From IMG/VR virus record IMGVR_UViG_3300026078_000018: a stretch of 64,000 nt of DNA, one strand, 5' to 3'. The position numbers and the translations under genes are program-made. Shown one piece after another: positions 37,414 to 48,647 of this stretch (position 1 is the first letter of the stretch; every line of letters starts with the position of its first letter). The stretch is from a virus. Below the pieces are notes generated by a model, which saw only the letters and a list, made by a program, of their open reading frames with translations, had not been told where the DNA came from and ran no database searches.

Positions 37414-38400
37414 ATGACCCTGCGCATCATCCCCACTGAGCCCACCAAGCTGTTCAAGCACTACCGTGGGCAGGACACCATCCAGGATGCCTACATCGAG
37501 CTGGCGCTGCGCGACGAGACGCTACTGGCCGACTATGACGCCGCCGTCGGCGGTGCCGTGCCGGTGGAGGTCCACAATGGCTTCGAGCGCCGCTACCCGA
37601 TCCCGCTGCTGACCGGGCAGGCCGCCGACGCCCTGATGGAGAAGATCCTGCCTCTGGCCCAGGAGATCGTCGAGGACTGGCGGTCGGAGTGGGACGGCAA
37701 CAGCACCGTCGCGATTCTCGGCGAGGACGCCGCGGCGGCGGAGGAGAAGATCGGGGAGATCACCTGCGAGGTCTGTGAAGACTACGACCCGGCCAGCTAC
37801 GTCAGCGTCTGGGATGTCGACGGCGCCTGTCCCGGCAATGAGGTCGAGGCCTTCGGCATCACCGCCGACACCACCGACGAGCGCCTGGCCGAGATCGAGG
37901 AGGAGATCCGGCAGTCCCTGGCCGAGGTCAGCGAATCCCCGGTGGTGATCCTCGACGGGGTCGGCGAGTACCTGGCCGGGCTGCGCCAGGAGCTGCGGGA
38001 CCGGATCGGGCAGATGTCCGCCGCGGAGCTGCGCGCCGCCCGTGACGAGCTCGGGCTGACCGGCAGCTGGGTGGCCGCGTACGTGGGCGTCACCGAGCGC
38101 ACACAGCGACGCTGGGAGGCCGGGAAGCTGGCGGTGCCGTATCTGGTGGCCGAGCGGATGCAGGAGCTCCTGGAGGAGGCTGCGGAGGCCGTGGAGCGCA
38201 AGGCTGCCGAAGCGGATGCGGCATGTGCGACGTATCTGTTGGCGTGGCGGACTGATGAACAGCTGCCGTCAGACCTGCTGGCCACCGGTTACCCGGCTCG
38301 CTGGCACATGCGCATCTCCGAGCGGGTGGTGGCCACGCCGCAGCTCGCCATCCGGGGCGTCCGGCTGTTCTACGCCGACGAGCTCCCCGAGAACCACTGA
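37414..38400 (+). CDS. acidic N-terminal domain fused to an Aca2/DUF1870-like HTH domain
   Basis: From ATG 38014: MSAAELRAARDELGLT..WVAAYVGVTERT.RRWEAGK.AVP..VAERM, matching the Aca2/YdiL layout as recalled. Confidence 0.65.
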   Translation: MTLRIIPTEPTKLFKHYRGQDTIQDAYIELALRDETLLADYDAAVGGAVPVEVHNGFERRYPIPLLTGQAADALMEKILPLAQEIVEDWRSEWDGNSTVAILGEDAAAAEEKIGEITCEVCEDYDPASYVSVWDVDGACPGNEVEAFGITADTTDERLAEIEEEIRQSLAEVSESPVVILDGVGEYLAGLRQELRDRIGQMSAAELRAARDELGLTGSWVAAYVGVTERTQRRWEAGKLAVPYLVAERMQELLEEAAEAVERKAAEADAACATYLLAWRTDEQLPSDLLATGYPARWHMRISERVVATPQLAIRGVRLFYADELPENH

Positions 38401-38468
38401 GAGACCTTCTGCACCGTCGCAGCGGTAGGTTGGCTGCTTCGGTGCAGAAGGTATAGGAGGGGCCTGTT

Positions 38469-38966
38469 TTGGCGAATTTGCGGGTTAACAAGGCCATGGT
38501 GCGGCATGTGCGGGGGCTGCAGAAAGGACTGAAGCTGCGGAGGCTGGAGTACGGGCTGGCGCTGCCGGAGCTGGCCTCGCTGGTGGAGGTCAGCCAGCGC
38601 ACCGTGCTGGACTGGGAGCGGGCCTACGAGCAGCCTGCCATGCTCACCGCGATGCGCTGGGCGGCCGTGCTGGACATGCGGTTCATCATCCGCTCCGCTC
38701 GCAGCGACCACGACTTCACCCCGCTGTCGCAGCCCGGCCAGCAGCTGCCCGCGCCCGAACAGGACTGGCTGAGGCTGTGCGCGCCGCTGAAGCAGCTGCG
38801 GGTGGATCGGGGGCTGTCTCAGACTGAGCTGGGTCTGGTCACCGGTGTGTCCCGGTCCTCTATCCAGCGGTGCGAGGACGGGACGCAGTATCCGCGACTG
38901 CTGCTGCTGACTGCGATGGCCAACCAGTTCGGCTGTGTGCTGGACCTGCGCGAGCAATCCCTCTAG
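38469..38966 (+). CDS. tandem XRE-HTH protein
   Basis: Two HTH_3-like repeats (..SQRTVLDWE..; ..SRSSIQRCE..). Confidence 0.75.
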   Translation: MANLRVNKAMVRHVRGLQKGLKLRRLEYGLALPELASLVEVSQRTVLDWERAYEQPAMLTAMRWAAVLDMRFIIRSARSDHDFTPLSQPGQQLPAPEQDWLRLCAPLKQLRVDRGLSQTELGLVTGVSRSSIQRCEDGTQYPRLLLLTAMANQFGCVLDLREQSL

Positions 38967-39158
38967 GGGAGCTCCTGCAGCTCAAATCGTGCCCCCTCAG
39001 GCAGTTTGAACTCGGCCATCTCGGCATCGGCTTCGGCACGGGCTGCCTCATAGGAGCCCGGAGCATACACGGCTTCCATGATTACTGATCTTCTACTCAA
39101 AGGTGTGAACGTCCTCTGATTCAACCTCTGCAATTCAAGGCGAAAGTAGGATATCCCC

Positions 39159-39698
39159 ATGAGAAAAAGAGGTGCTCATTCGGGCTTCCGGCCTAGCCGG
39201 TCCTGCCCTCACCGCTGGTGCCGTTTCCTGCACCGCTCGACTTACATGCTCGGACTAATCCTCGTCCTCGCGAGCCTCGTCCAGAATCCGCTTCTGCTAG
39301 CTCTCATGGTGTTCTTCAGCTTCCTGCTCGCAATGGCTGTCACCACGAGCAGGATGGGAATCGGAACCCAGGGTCGCGTAGCCCATGAGAGCGCCGGTGC
39401 GGGGGGGTCCGCTGATACCGAGGTGAGCGTTGATCACCGCTGGGCGGCGATCGCAGTCGGCTATGACATCTACCTGGCATTTCTCGTCGTTTCAGGTTTG
39501 ATCTCCTTGGGCATGATGGGCAGCAGCGCTTTCAAGCCAGACCACCAGGGCATCCCGCCGGGGATCGGCTGGGTCCTGATCTTCACGTCGGGCTCTTTCG
39601 TGTTCGGGCAGTATGCCCACTGGCGGGCCACCCGGCCGCGCCCCCGCCGCAGGGTTCACGTCAAAGCCTTGATCCCGGTCCTGTCGAAAAACACATGA
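39159..39698 (+). CDS. membrane protein
   Basis: Four hydrophobic segments; start uncertain. Confidence 0.5.
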   Translation: MRKRGAHSGFRPSRSCPHRWCRFLHRSTYMLGLILVLASLVQNPLLLALMVFFSFLLAMAVTTSRMGIGTQGRVAHESAGAGGSADTEVSVDHRWAAIAVGYDIYLAFLVVSGLISLGMMGSSAFKPDHQGIPPGIGWVLIFTSGSFVFGQYAHWRATRPRPRRRVHVKALIPVLSKNT

Positions 39699-39825
39699 CG
39701 AGGGCTGCGAAGGTCGAAGAAGATTGCTCTGCTTCCCTGCGACTGCGCGCGCCGGGGACAGGACGGGGTAGCCCGGTGGCACGATGGTGTGAACATCGCA
39801 CCGCCTGAGGCTCCAGGAGCGCACC

Positions 39826-40893
39826 GTGAAGGTCTTCATCTCCGACGCCGAATACTCGCTGTCTGTCAAAGGCGAGGGCTGCATCGGCGTCGGCTTCAGC
39901 GACGGGACCAACACGGTGGTGCTGGCGCGGCTGCGCAACGGCCACCTGGGCTGGCTGTGCGGCCGCTGCGGCGGGGAGGGCCTGGTGCCCGGGGACCGGT
40001 TCGCCAACCGTCGGAGGCCGCGGTGTATCAGCTGCCGGGGCACCGGCATCGTCAATGAGTACGTGAATGTCGATGCTGCCCGCTTCGCCGCACGTCGCTA
40101 CCTGGAGCGGTCGGGGCTGCCGGAAGCCGAGCGTGAGAAAGTGTGGGCACAGCGGCAGGCGCAGTGGTGGCAGGAGAACGCCGAGCTCGTGGAGGCTGCA
40201 AAACAGATCCAAAGCCCTGAGCCCTTCCTGCGGCAGATGCTGCGCAAAATCCAGCAGGACCTCCTGTGGTCGCCGCAGCAGACCCTAGTGGTGCGCCGGA
40301 TGGTGGCCGACGCCGCGGCCGGGCCCAGTAAACGGTTCACCCGGTTCGTCGGCGAGCCCGGCCAGCGCATCGAGTTCACCGGCGTCATCAACCGCACCGG
40401 CTCCCGGGTGACGTACAACACCCGCAACTTCATCGTGTCCGTCGCCGCCGACGGCGAGCTGGACGGGGCGCTGCTGTGGTCCCAAGGCGTCGCTGTGACG
40501 TTGCGCAGTCTGTATGGCTGCGACGGCGACTGGATCCGCGGCACCGCGCTGGTGAGGCAGCACATGATCTCCAGCGACCAGCACCGCACCGTGGTCACCA
40601 ACATGAAGCTGGCCGAGCACAACGAGGACGGCGGCGCCGACCGTTCCGGCTGGCCTGGCGTGCTCATCGTCCACGACGGTCGCGGAGCCACCCACACCCG
40701 GCCCGTGCGCGACCGCTGGCATGCACAAGCGCTGCTGCACCGGGTGTTCACCGAGATCGGCCACGGGCCCGTGGAGACCGCGGAGCTGCGCTGGGACGGC
40801 TCCACGGTCGGCACACAGTTCGAAGCCCGTGACGTCCTCGGAGAGGACCCCAGCGGCGTGTACGCGGCCCTGATGGACGTCGAGCCGGACTAG
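39826..40893 (+). CDS. Zn-finger (CxxCxGxG) plus OB-fold-like protein
   Basis: CGRCGGEG...CISCRGTG. FVGEPGQRIEF begins an OB-like region. Confidence 0.6.
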   Translation: MKVFISDAEYSLSVKGEGCIGVGFSDGTNTVVLARLRNGHLGWLCGRCGGEGLVPGDRFANRRRPRCISCRGTGIVNEYVNVDAARFAARRYLERSGLPEAEREKVWAQRQAQWWQENAELVEAAKQIQSPEPFLRQMLRKIQQDLLWSPQQTLVVRRMVADAAAGPSKRFTRFVGEPGQRIEFTGVINRTGSRVTYNTRNFIVSVAADGELDGALLWSQGVAVTLRSLYGCDGDWIRGTALVRQHMISSDQHRTVVTNMKLAEHNEDGGADRSGWPGVLIVHDGRGATHTRPVRDRWHAQALLHRVFTEIGHGPVETAELRWDGSTVGTQFEARDVLGEDPSGVYAALMDVEPD

Positions 40894-40899
40894 GCCGGG

Positions 40900-41404
40900 T
40901 CAGTGCTTCTCCCAGTCGGCGTATCGCTTGTGCATTCGGAGTCGTTCGAGCTCTGGCAGACCGAGGCCCGGGACACGCTTGAGCTCGGCATAGGTCATGG
41001 CCGCTAGCCTTTCAGGCGTGATCCCCGCATCGTCGAGATGCCTTGCGCGCACAGGCCGCGGTCGCATCGAAACCGAGGTGCCAACCGCCATCCCATTCAG
41101 GGTCTGCGCGCTTTTGGAGGTTAGTCTCCAGCAGCTCATCGAGCGCCTCGTAGGCCTGCGGGGCGCCGCTGGAGCTGAGGTGCATCGCCTGGGTGCCGAC
41201 CGCGCGGGCGAAGGCGGCCACGGTCGGGTCATCGTCCGGCAGCTGCAGACTGATTTCCAGCTCGGAAGCCTCCAGGTTTAGTCTGACCTCGACGATCTTG
41301 CCGGTGATCAGATTCCCTGAGATGTTCACCTGCAGCATCTGGTTGACGAGCCGCATCGGCAGCCCCGACGCGAAGCACACCGCCGCACGCACGTGCTGCC
41401 GCAT
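40900..41404 (-). pseudogene. ORF with a C-terminal HhH-like motif split by a frameshift
   Basis: The MRQHVRAA... frame ends at 41012. LAAMTYAELKRVPGLG lies in another frame. Confidence 0.4.
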
Positions 41405-41747
41405 CTTCAAGATCACGAGAACAGCCTGGGCAGTTCGCGCCGCACTCGCCACAGCGTCCGCGGCACCTTCAACAGCAGCACGGGCCAGACGAGAAAACAG
41501 ACGATCATCAGCGCCGCAGCCGACGCCGCGCCGAAACTCATGATGTGGCGCGCGGCGTTCGTCAGCCTGTCCCCTTGACCCTTGTTGGCGGCCGCATAGG
41601 CCAGCCGCTGATCCCTTGCGATCTTCGGCAGCAGCCACGCCTCCCAGGCGGTGACGACCACCGCGCCGACAATCCAGATCAGAAACACGGTTTTACCGTC
41701 CATGTACGCCCTCCGGGATGTCGAGATACAACGTGATTGTCGCAGAA

Positions 41748-42581
41748 TCAGGATCCGCTCATGGCCATCGCGGCGATCACCTCGGGGCCGCTGTGAGCCC
41801 CGTCGGGGCCGACGAAGCCGGACGGTGCCCAGCCCTTGCCGACGAACGCCAGCGCCGCAGCGTAGGAGGACATCCGGTCCCTGGGGTGGCAGTCCCATGA
41901 GACCAGCCAGGAGGCCAGGCCCTCCGCGGTGGGGAACACCGGCGACAGCGGGCTGCCCTCGGTGATGGTCGTCCAGTACTGCCAGCCGTCGCCGGTCGGT
42001 GGCTCCGTCGGCTCCCACGCGTCCAGCTCGGCCTGCCGCGCCTCCCGCTCGGCGTCGGTCGCGAGGTTGCCGTGGCCGTTGCACCGCAGGCAGTACTCCG
42101 GCAGGCCCTGCTGGGCACAGCGGAACCGGATCAGCGGCCATTCCAGGCCGACGCCCCTGGACATGCTGAGCTCGCTGAATTCCGACGCGCCCGGGGCGTT
42201 GGCGGCGTTGACCTCGGCCGCGGTGCGGGGCACGGTCACCCATTCCCAGGACCGCTCGGTGGTCGATGTCGCCTCCCACGTGACGAACTGCTGCAGGCGC
42301 CCCTCGGCGACCAGGTGGTCCACTTCGGCCTGGGTGAGCTTGTCGCGCCAGGACAGCCGGGCTGCCTGTTCGCGCGTCATGTCCCAGGTCCGGATCCGGT
42401 GCGGCCAGAACATCTCGTGCATGGCCCAGGCCGCGCTGCTCCAGCCCTGCGAGCCGGTGCCGTCGTAGTTGCAGTTCGGGCATGGCGGCAGCGGCTCGAT
42501 GTCGGGCATGACGTAGCCGGACCAGACCTGGTCCAGCGGGGCGTTGAAGTCGAGTGGGACACGGAAGATCTTTCGGCTCAT
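41748..42581 (-). CDS. hypothetical protein with a split CxxC Zn motif
   Basis: CPNC...CLRCNGHG...EPP.GDGWQ.W.T..EGSP.SPVF. Confidence 0.7.
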   Translation of the reverse strand: MSRKIFRVPLDFNAPLDQVWSGYVMPDIEPLPPCPNCNYDGTGSQGWSSAAWAMHEMFWPHRIRTWDMTREQAARLSWRDKLTQAEVDHLVAEGRLQQFVTWEATSTTERSWEWVTVPRTAAEVNAANAPGASEFSELSMSRGVGLEWPLIRFRCAQQGLPEYCLRCNGHGNLATDAEREARQAELDAWEPTEPPTGDGWQYWTTITEGSPLSPVFPTAEGLASWLVSWDCHPRDRMSSYAAALAFVGKGWAPSGFVGPDGAHSGPEVIAAMAMSGS

Positions 42582-42886
42582 GATCGTGTTTCCTTTCGTG
42601 AGGTCTTCACGCTCCGTGCCTTCATCTGCCCGGCGTAGGTCAGCGACCAGAACTTGCGCCGCGGCCTGCCGACGTCGGCCGGATTGACCTCCTCCCAGCG
42701 GGCGGACACCAGTCCGGCTTCTTCCAAACGGCCAAGAAGCGGATATACGGTCCCCGGGCCGAGGTCGGTCATCCCGATGATGCGGAGCCCCCAGAGATCT
42801 TCATCGTCGTGTTCCGCCAGATACGACAAGATCATTCTGGTTGGGGGCGTCATCCGGGGAGCTGGCGCAGAGGGCTGGCTGCTCAT
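42578..42886 (-). CDS. PadR-family regulator
   Basis: LGPGTVYPLLGRLEEAGLV.ARWE......RPRRKFW.LT. Confidence 0.85.
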   Translation of the reverse strand: MSSQPSAPAPRMTPPTRMILSYLAEHDDEDLWGLRIIGMTDLGPGTVYPLLGRLEEAGLVSARWEEVNPADVGRPRRKFWSLTYAGQMKARSVKTSRKETRS

Positions 42887-44282
42887 GCTGGTGGCTCCTT
42901 GTCGCGTGGCTTCGTGATCGAGGAGACGCCGAACTCGCGGATCTCGTGGATCCTGTCGAGGCAGTCCTCCTCCTCGGGCAGGTGGAGCTTCCAGCGCTGG
43001 ACAACGGCCTGCCGCTCGGACCCCCAGCCGAGCTGGGTGTCGCTCCAGCCGCAGGAGCAGGAGCCGCGCACCCCGTTGCCCCAGCCGATTTCTTTCTTGG
43101 TCGCCAGCGTCGGGACGTGCTTGTCGAGGTCGGGGTGGTGGTTGCAGATGTCCAGGCCCACGACCCGGGTCCAGCCCATCGCAGCCAGAGTGGTGCGGAT
43201 GCCCGCGGCGTTGAAGGTGTAGATGTGCAGGTCTTGGCGGCTGTCGAGGTAGCACATCGGCCAGTCGCAGGCGATGTGCGGTTCGCGGTAGAACGTCATA
43301 CGCCGATCTCCGGGGCGTAGTAATCCGGTAGCGGTTGCGGGCCGTCATAGCTCTGGCAGTTGCAGGGGTCACGCATGACCCTCACGGGCTTGTTGCAGCG
43401 CCCGGTCCTCTCCGTGTGGTACCCGACACCGTGCTTGCAGCTCCGGCAGATTGCCTTCACCGGCTTCATCGAGCGCCGCCGGGGACGTCGGATATGGCCG
43501 ATGACGATGCCCACCAGGAGTGTCCCAGCACCGGCGAGGTAGTCGATCAGGTTCACCAGTCGCTGCCTTTCTCGTTCGTGGTCGGCGCGCTGATCCAGTT
43601 GGCGTGGTGCGCGGCGTCACGCGACTCCCACATCCCGGACTCGGCGTTCCAGGCGATCCAGTGCTCGACGCCGGTACCGGGGTACTCCTCGCCGCAGGTG
43701 AGGCAGCAGGAGTCGCGCAGCAGCAGCGCCAGGTGGTTCTGCGGCAGGTCGTTCTCGTCTGCCACCAGCGTCGCCACGTAGTTGCGGCTGGCCGTCGTGA
43801 GCCGCATCCCGGTGCCGAGGTCCCGCGGCGGCGTGGACTCTTCGAGCAGGATCTCTTTGGCGATGCGCTCCGGGGGCCCCTGGATCGGCAACGGCGCCGA
43901 CTCGGTCGGCATCGGGTAGTACCCGAACTCCGGGTTGCCCTGGCGCTTCCTGGGTGGCATGTCAGGCCTCCGTGATGATGTTCGACCACTTCGTGGTCCA
44001 TACCGTGACCACGTCGTGGTCCGGGTGCAGTGGGCTGATGTCGGACATCGGGCGCCAGCGGTCACCGACCCACTCCGGGTGCCCGATGTACTGGTCGAAG
44101 TGCAGGCCGGGCTCGCCGTCGCGGGCGTGCCGGTACAGCTCGATCTGGGTGATGGGCCCGTTGGGGAAGTCCATCGACAGTGCGTTCCAGATGTGCTCGG
44201 CGCCGTTCGTCACCGGGTACGGCCAGTTCGGCAGGTAGTAGATGCGCTCGCCGAGGTCCGGCAGCGGCGGCCACAGGTTCAT
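42883..44282 (-). CDS. four coupled hypothetical ORFs (42883-43299, 43296-43556, 43553-43960, 43962-44282)
   Basis: Tight packing; several Cys/His motifs. Confidence 0.55.
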
Positions 44283-44284
44283 GA

Positions 44285-45007
44285 TCAGGCCTCCACCGTG
44301 GCGAGTTCTTCGTCGAGCAGCCGGGCCACCCGGACCACGCCGCCGAGGCAGGAGACCTTGACCGTGTCGACGAGCGCCTTGAAGCCGAGGAACTGGCCCG
44401 GGGTGATGTGGTCGTAGTAGGCCGTCGGGTGCATCCGGTCGCTCCACAGCTGGATGTGCGCAGCCTCGTCGGGCGCCCCGACGGCGTAGCCGCGGTCGCG
44501 GTACCAGGAGGCAACGTCGGCGTTCTCCTCATCGACCACCACGAGCATCACCCGGTATCCGGCGGCGCGGTAGCGGTCCTCGGCGTCGGCCAGCAGCCGG
44601 GCACCGTAGCCCCGGCCGCGCCACTTCGGCAGCGTGGCGATCAGGTTGCACTCGACCACGGCGCCGGACAGCTTCATCCGGTCCTCGATGCTCAGGCCGC
44701 CCTTGCTGCGCTTGCCCTGTTCGATGATCCAGTCCATCGGGTTCACGCAGTAGACGAAAGCGCGCGCCTGCTGGTCGGCCAGGCCGATGACGCGCAGGCT
44801 GCGCAGGAACGGGAAGCCGTCGATCACGGCTTTGTCCGAGATTCGCTGGAAGCTGATGTCGGTGCGGTCCGGCTGCTCCTCGGAGACGATCTTGCCGAAG
44901 TAGTCCAGGTGCTTGTCGATGATTCCGGGGTGGGCCAGGCGTGCGAGCTCGCGGACGTTTTTCACGTCCTGCTTCAGGGCCTCGCGGATCGGGGCGTTGT
45001 CGGGCAT
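44285..45007 (-). CDS. GNAT-family acetyltransferase
   Basis: IATLPKWRGRGYGARLL...VDEEN..V.SWY.DRGY. Confidence 0.85.
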   Translation of the reverse strand: MPDNAPIREALKQDVKNVRELARLAHPGIIDKHLDYFGKIVSEEQPDRTDISFQRISDKAVIDGFPFLRSLRVIGLADQQARAFVYCVNPMDWIIEQGKRSKGGLSIEDRMKLSGAVVECNLIATLPKWRGRGYGARLLADAEDRYRAAGYRVMLVVVDEENADVASWYRDRGYAVGAPDEAAHIQLWSDRMHPTAYYDHITPGQFLGFKALVDTVKVSCLGGVVRVARLLDEELATVEA

Positions 45008-45320
45008 GTGTCCTCCTGCCGTGGGAGCAGCTTGTCGCGTGGCATTGTGCTGATCCAGGCTGCCACTGGCGGTGACAGCATGTGGCGTGTTTGTGGCTAT
45101 AGCACGGAGGCAGCCACTTCGGGGTCCCTCTGCTCGGGCTCGGGAACCTGCCAGCCCAGCGCGCCGCGCAGCATCCGAACCAGCGCCTGCCGGACCTCAC
45201 CCCGGATGTCGTCGATGTCGGTGGTCCCGTCGTAGGGGCGCACCCCGATCAGGCAGTCGTCGATGAACACGTCGTGCCCGAGGAGGTAGTCGCCGCGGTG
45301 GGGTGTGACACGGATGAACA

Positions 45321-45770
45321 TCAGCACTCCTGCTGGTCGAGAGGCATATCACCGAGATGGCCGGTGGAGTCTCCGGGCTTCAGCGTCTGGTGTTCACGGA
45401 CGCTGGCCCAGTCCTGATGCAGAGGCGGCCAGTTCGCGCCCGGTTGCAGGGCCTCGGGGGCGAGACGCCCCAAGGTCACAGCGAGACGAACCGTCACGTG
45501 GTCGGCACCGAAGACAGCCAGCCAGCCCGCGCAGGCACCGTTCTCACAGCTGCCCGGGGTCAGACCTGCGTGGCACCCGAACATGAGCGTCCCGACAGGT
45601 ACCGAAGCGCCTCCATGGCCCTCCGGGACGCTAGCCTGCAGCTCATCCCACTTCCACGCCGGGAACTTCGCAGCCGGGTTGTCGACGTTGTCGGCGCGGA
45701 TCGGGCAGCAGGCACACGGGAAACGCCTGTACGGGAATGCATCGGGATTCGGAGCCTCGTCACCCTGCAT
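45321..45770 (-). CDS. DUF6283-like protein
   Basis: PCACCP.R.D...FGCH......ACAGWL...H..VRLA. Confidence 0.65.
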   Translation of the reverse strand: MQGDEAPNPDAFPYRRFPCACCPIRADNVDNPAAKFPAWKWDELQASVPEGHGGASVPVGTLMFGCHAGLTPGSCENGACAGWLAVFGADHVTVRLAVTLGRLAPEALQPGANWPPLHQDWASVREHQTLKPGDSTGHLGDMPLDQQEC

Positions 45771-45831
45771 CAGCTTTCCTTAGAGTCGGTGTCGAAGTAC
45801 TCGGCCAGCACAGGCCTGGAGTGTGTGCATG

Positions 45832-48318
45832 TCAGGCCTTCTCGCTGGCGTTGATGCGTGCGCTATACAGCCTCGCGCCGGTCTCGCAGAGCGCGTTGAT
45901 GTCTCCGCCGCTTGCCGGGAACACCACGTTGCAGTGATCACACACGTCGAGGTGCCGCGACCACCGGGCGAGCGCGGTCTTCGGCTCCGGCTCAGCGAAG
46001 AAGTGCATCTGGGGCTTCTGTTCCGGCGTTTTCTGCGGAGGACTGCCGTTGCCTCGGCCGACGGCCACGAAGCGCGCGCCGGAGACGTTCCTGTTGGCGT
46101 AGTTGCTCGGGCCGCCGAACGACTTCTTGCTGCCGTGCTTGCTCATCGCTCAGACCTCCTTGGAGTTGGTGTCGAAGTGCTCGGCCAGTAGCGCCTGCAG
46201 CGCCGGGGCGAGCTTCTCGGCGATGTCGCCGTACAGTGCCACGTGAAGGCTCGGGCGCCCCTCCCAGAGATGGGCGGTGACGCGCAGGGTGGACGACTTC
46301 GGGAAGCGGGCTTCCACTGCGGCCATGGCCGGGTATGCGCTGTTGATTTGCTCGCGATCACGCTGGTAGTTGGCGAGCGCATCATCCGGAATGTTCTTGA
46401 CCGGTTTCACGATGCTGATGCCTTCGACCCCGCGCAAGGCGGTGAGGATGTCCTCGGCATCGTCCTCGCGGATGTCCTTGTCGAGGGCGACGATGTAGAA
46501 GAAGTGACGTTCGGTCATGATCAGCCCCCTTTCGAGGCGTCGGCGACTACGCGCAGCAGGTCGGTGCGGACCCGGTGGGTGATCGGCTCGTCGGTGCCGG
46601 TGCGGCCGAAGTTCGTCGTGACGGTGGCGCCATCGAACTGGACCTCGGCCCGGGTCCGGCCCAGAGACTTGACGGTGCCGTGCTTGTTGGCGTTGCTCAG
46701 GACGGCGCCGTAGCGCGGGTCGTAGACGTTCAGCTGCTGTACGCGCGCGCCGATCGTGACCGGCTTGCTGTCGGCGTCGAGGAGATCAGACACGGTTGGC
46801 CCTCCATGTCGGCAGCCATGCCAGAAGCTCGGGATGCAAGTCGAAGATCAGTTGGCCGTTGACGTCGCGCTGGGCCGGGCTCAGGTGGCGGGAGGAGAAC
46901 CACTCGCCGTCGTCGGGCCCCCACATCACCAGGTACTTGACGTCGGTGCTGTTCTCGTAGTCGACGTCCTCCACGACGCCGACCTTCTCGTAGACCATGC
47001 TGACATCGACGTAGGCGCCGAGCGTGAAGAGGTTGAGGCTGCCCATGATCAGGTCTCCTTGTCGGTCTTCATCGCGCTGCGCACGGCCGTGAGGCGGGCG
47101 ATCAGACGGTCCAGGTCAGAGGGGGTCAACGGCATGATCTGGTGGACGTGGAGGCCCGAGGGGTTTCGGGAGTCCAGCTCGACGTGCGCGACCCAGGGCG
47201 TTGAGTTGACGGCCAGAACGGTCCGTGTGCCGCTGTCGCTGAAGTGCTCCCACCACTGTTCGACGTTCTTGCGTCCCCGAGTCCGGTAGGCGTCGGCCTG
47301 GTCGATGTCGTCGTTGGTCACGTCAGTCCCTGGCCTTTCAGGAACTCCTCCACGGAGGGGCGCGGGTTGGCCTGCAGCCAGTTGCACAGGTCGGTCAAGG
47401 CCTCGGCGCGCTCTACGAGTTCAGGGAAGGTACCGGCGTCGTCGGGGTCGTCGTGCGTCTCTTGCCATGTGGCGATACGCTGGACCATGTCCTTGAGCGC
47501 GTCGACCTCGGAGATCTGCGGCACGCGCTGGCCGTACTCCGTCAGCCACGGGTCGAAGATGGCAGGCAGCGCCACAGCAATCCCGCGGCCGGTGCCGATT
47601 CGCAGGGGCTCCATCTCCGGGTCGTCGTCGTGACGCAGACTGTTCTGCCAGCCCTCGGAGATGAAGTGCGGTGACCCCTGCACTTCCACCACAGTGCCGT
47701 CCCCGCGTCGGACGCGGGTCAGAGCACCGTAGAGGAACTCCAGGGTGTACAGCTGGCCGTCGAAGAAGGCCTGCCACAGCAGCTTCTCGGCGGTGCGCCG
47801 CTGACAGCCGAAGCCCCCGCGGATCATGTCGACGGCGCCCTCGTAGACGATGGCGGTCGCGATGGTGGCCGGGAAGACCTGGGTCAGGCACTTAACGACG
47901 TTTTCGGTGGTGCGCTCGGTGTAGGCGACGTTCGCGGAGACGGCCATGGTCAGTCCTCCTTCGCGGTCGCGAGCGCCCGCAGGGACTGCTCCATTTCATG
48001 TGCACTGGGGTACTCGCCGATCGTCGAGCCTCCTGCCGCGTGGTGCTTGCGGGTCCACCACAGGTGGGCCAGCTGCTCGCAGTGGGCGTCGAGGGTGGCG
48101 CGGGCCTTCATGTAGGTGTGGTTCTTGGTGTGGTCCCGGTTGCCGACGGAGGCCTCGGCGCGCGCCTTGTCGCAGGCCTTCAGCGCACGCAGCGCCAGGG
48201 TCTGGGAGATGGCCAGCATCGCGTCGGCCTCGGAGGGCTTGGGCTCATCGTTCAGTCGGTTGAGTGCGGCCCGGTTCTGCTGACGGGCTTGGGCGATGAA
48301 CTCTGTCGTGTCAGACAT
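45832..48318 (-). CDS. seven small hypothetical ORFs (45832-46146, 46150-46518, 46521-46793, 46786-47046, 47049-47321, 47318-47947, 47950-48318)
   Basis: Tightly packed, with RBSs and codon bias. Confidence 0.6.
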
Positions 48319-48332
48319 ATCAGCCTCCTGTT

Positions 48333-48647
48333 TCAGAGTTCGAGGACGATGCGCAGGGCGTTGTCGATGCGGGCCATTTCGGCGTCGGTGGCGGAGCCGA
48401 TGCGGGTGGCTCCGGCGGCCGGGTCGAAGCGGGCGGCGCGCAGCTGGGCGATGTTGAGGGCGAACGCGGTGGCGTCGATGGTGCCGCCGACCGGAATTGA
48501 CAGGACGGTGTCGGGGGCGTCGGAGGCGATGAGCTTGAGGACGATCGCCACCTGGTAGGTGGCGTTGACGTCGCCGGGGGATAGCACCAGGACGCGGGCG
48601 GTGCGGTCGTCGGTGTCGGGGATGTCCCAGACTTCGGCTCGCCTCAT
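48333..48647 (-). CDS. PemK/MazF-like toxin
   Basis: MRRAEVW.......RVLVLS...N...RIG.....EMARIDNALRIVLEL, 104 aa. Confidence 0.75.
   Translation of the reverse strand: MRRAEVWDIPDTDDRTARVLVLSPGDVNATYQVAIVLKLIASDAPDTVLSIPVGGTIDATAFALNIAQLRAARFDPAAGATRIGSATDAEMARIDNALRIVLEL

Noticed and set aside
14257-41404. Apparent frameshifts at ~14280, ~26190 and ~41050 as programmed recoding
   Set aside because: The first two sit in short homopolymer runs and I saw no slippery heptamer with a stimulator. Sequencing error or decay is more likely.
45770-45830. Short duplicate of the 3' end of ORF 46150 (LAEYFDTDSKES versus LAEHFDTNSKEV)
   Set aside because: Looks like a recombination remnant with no intact reading frame.
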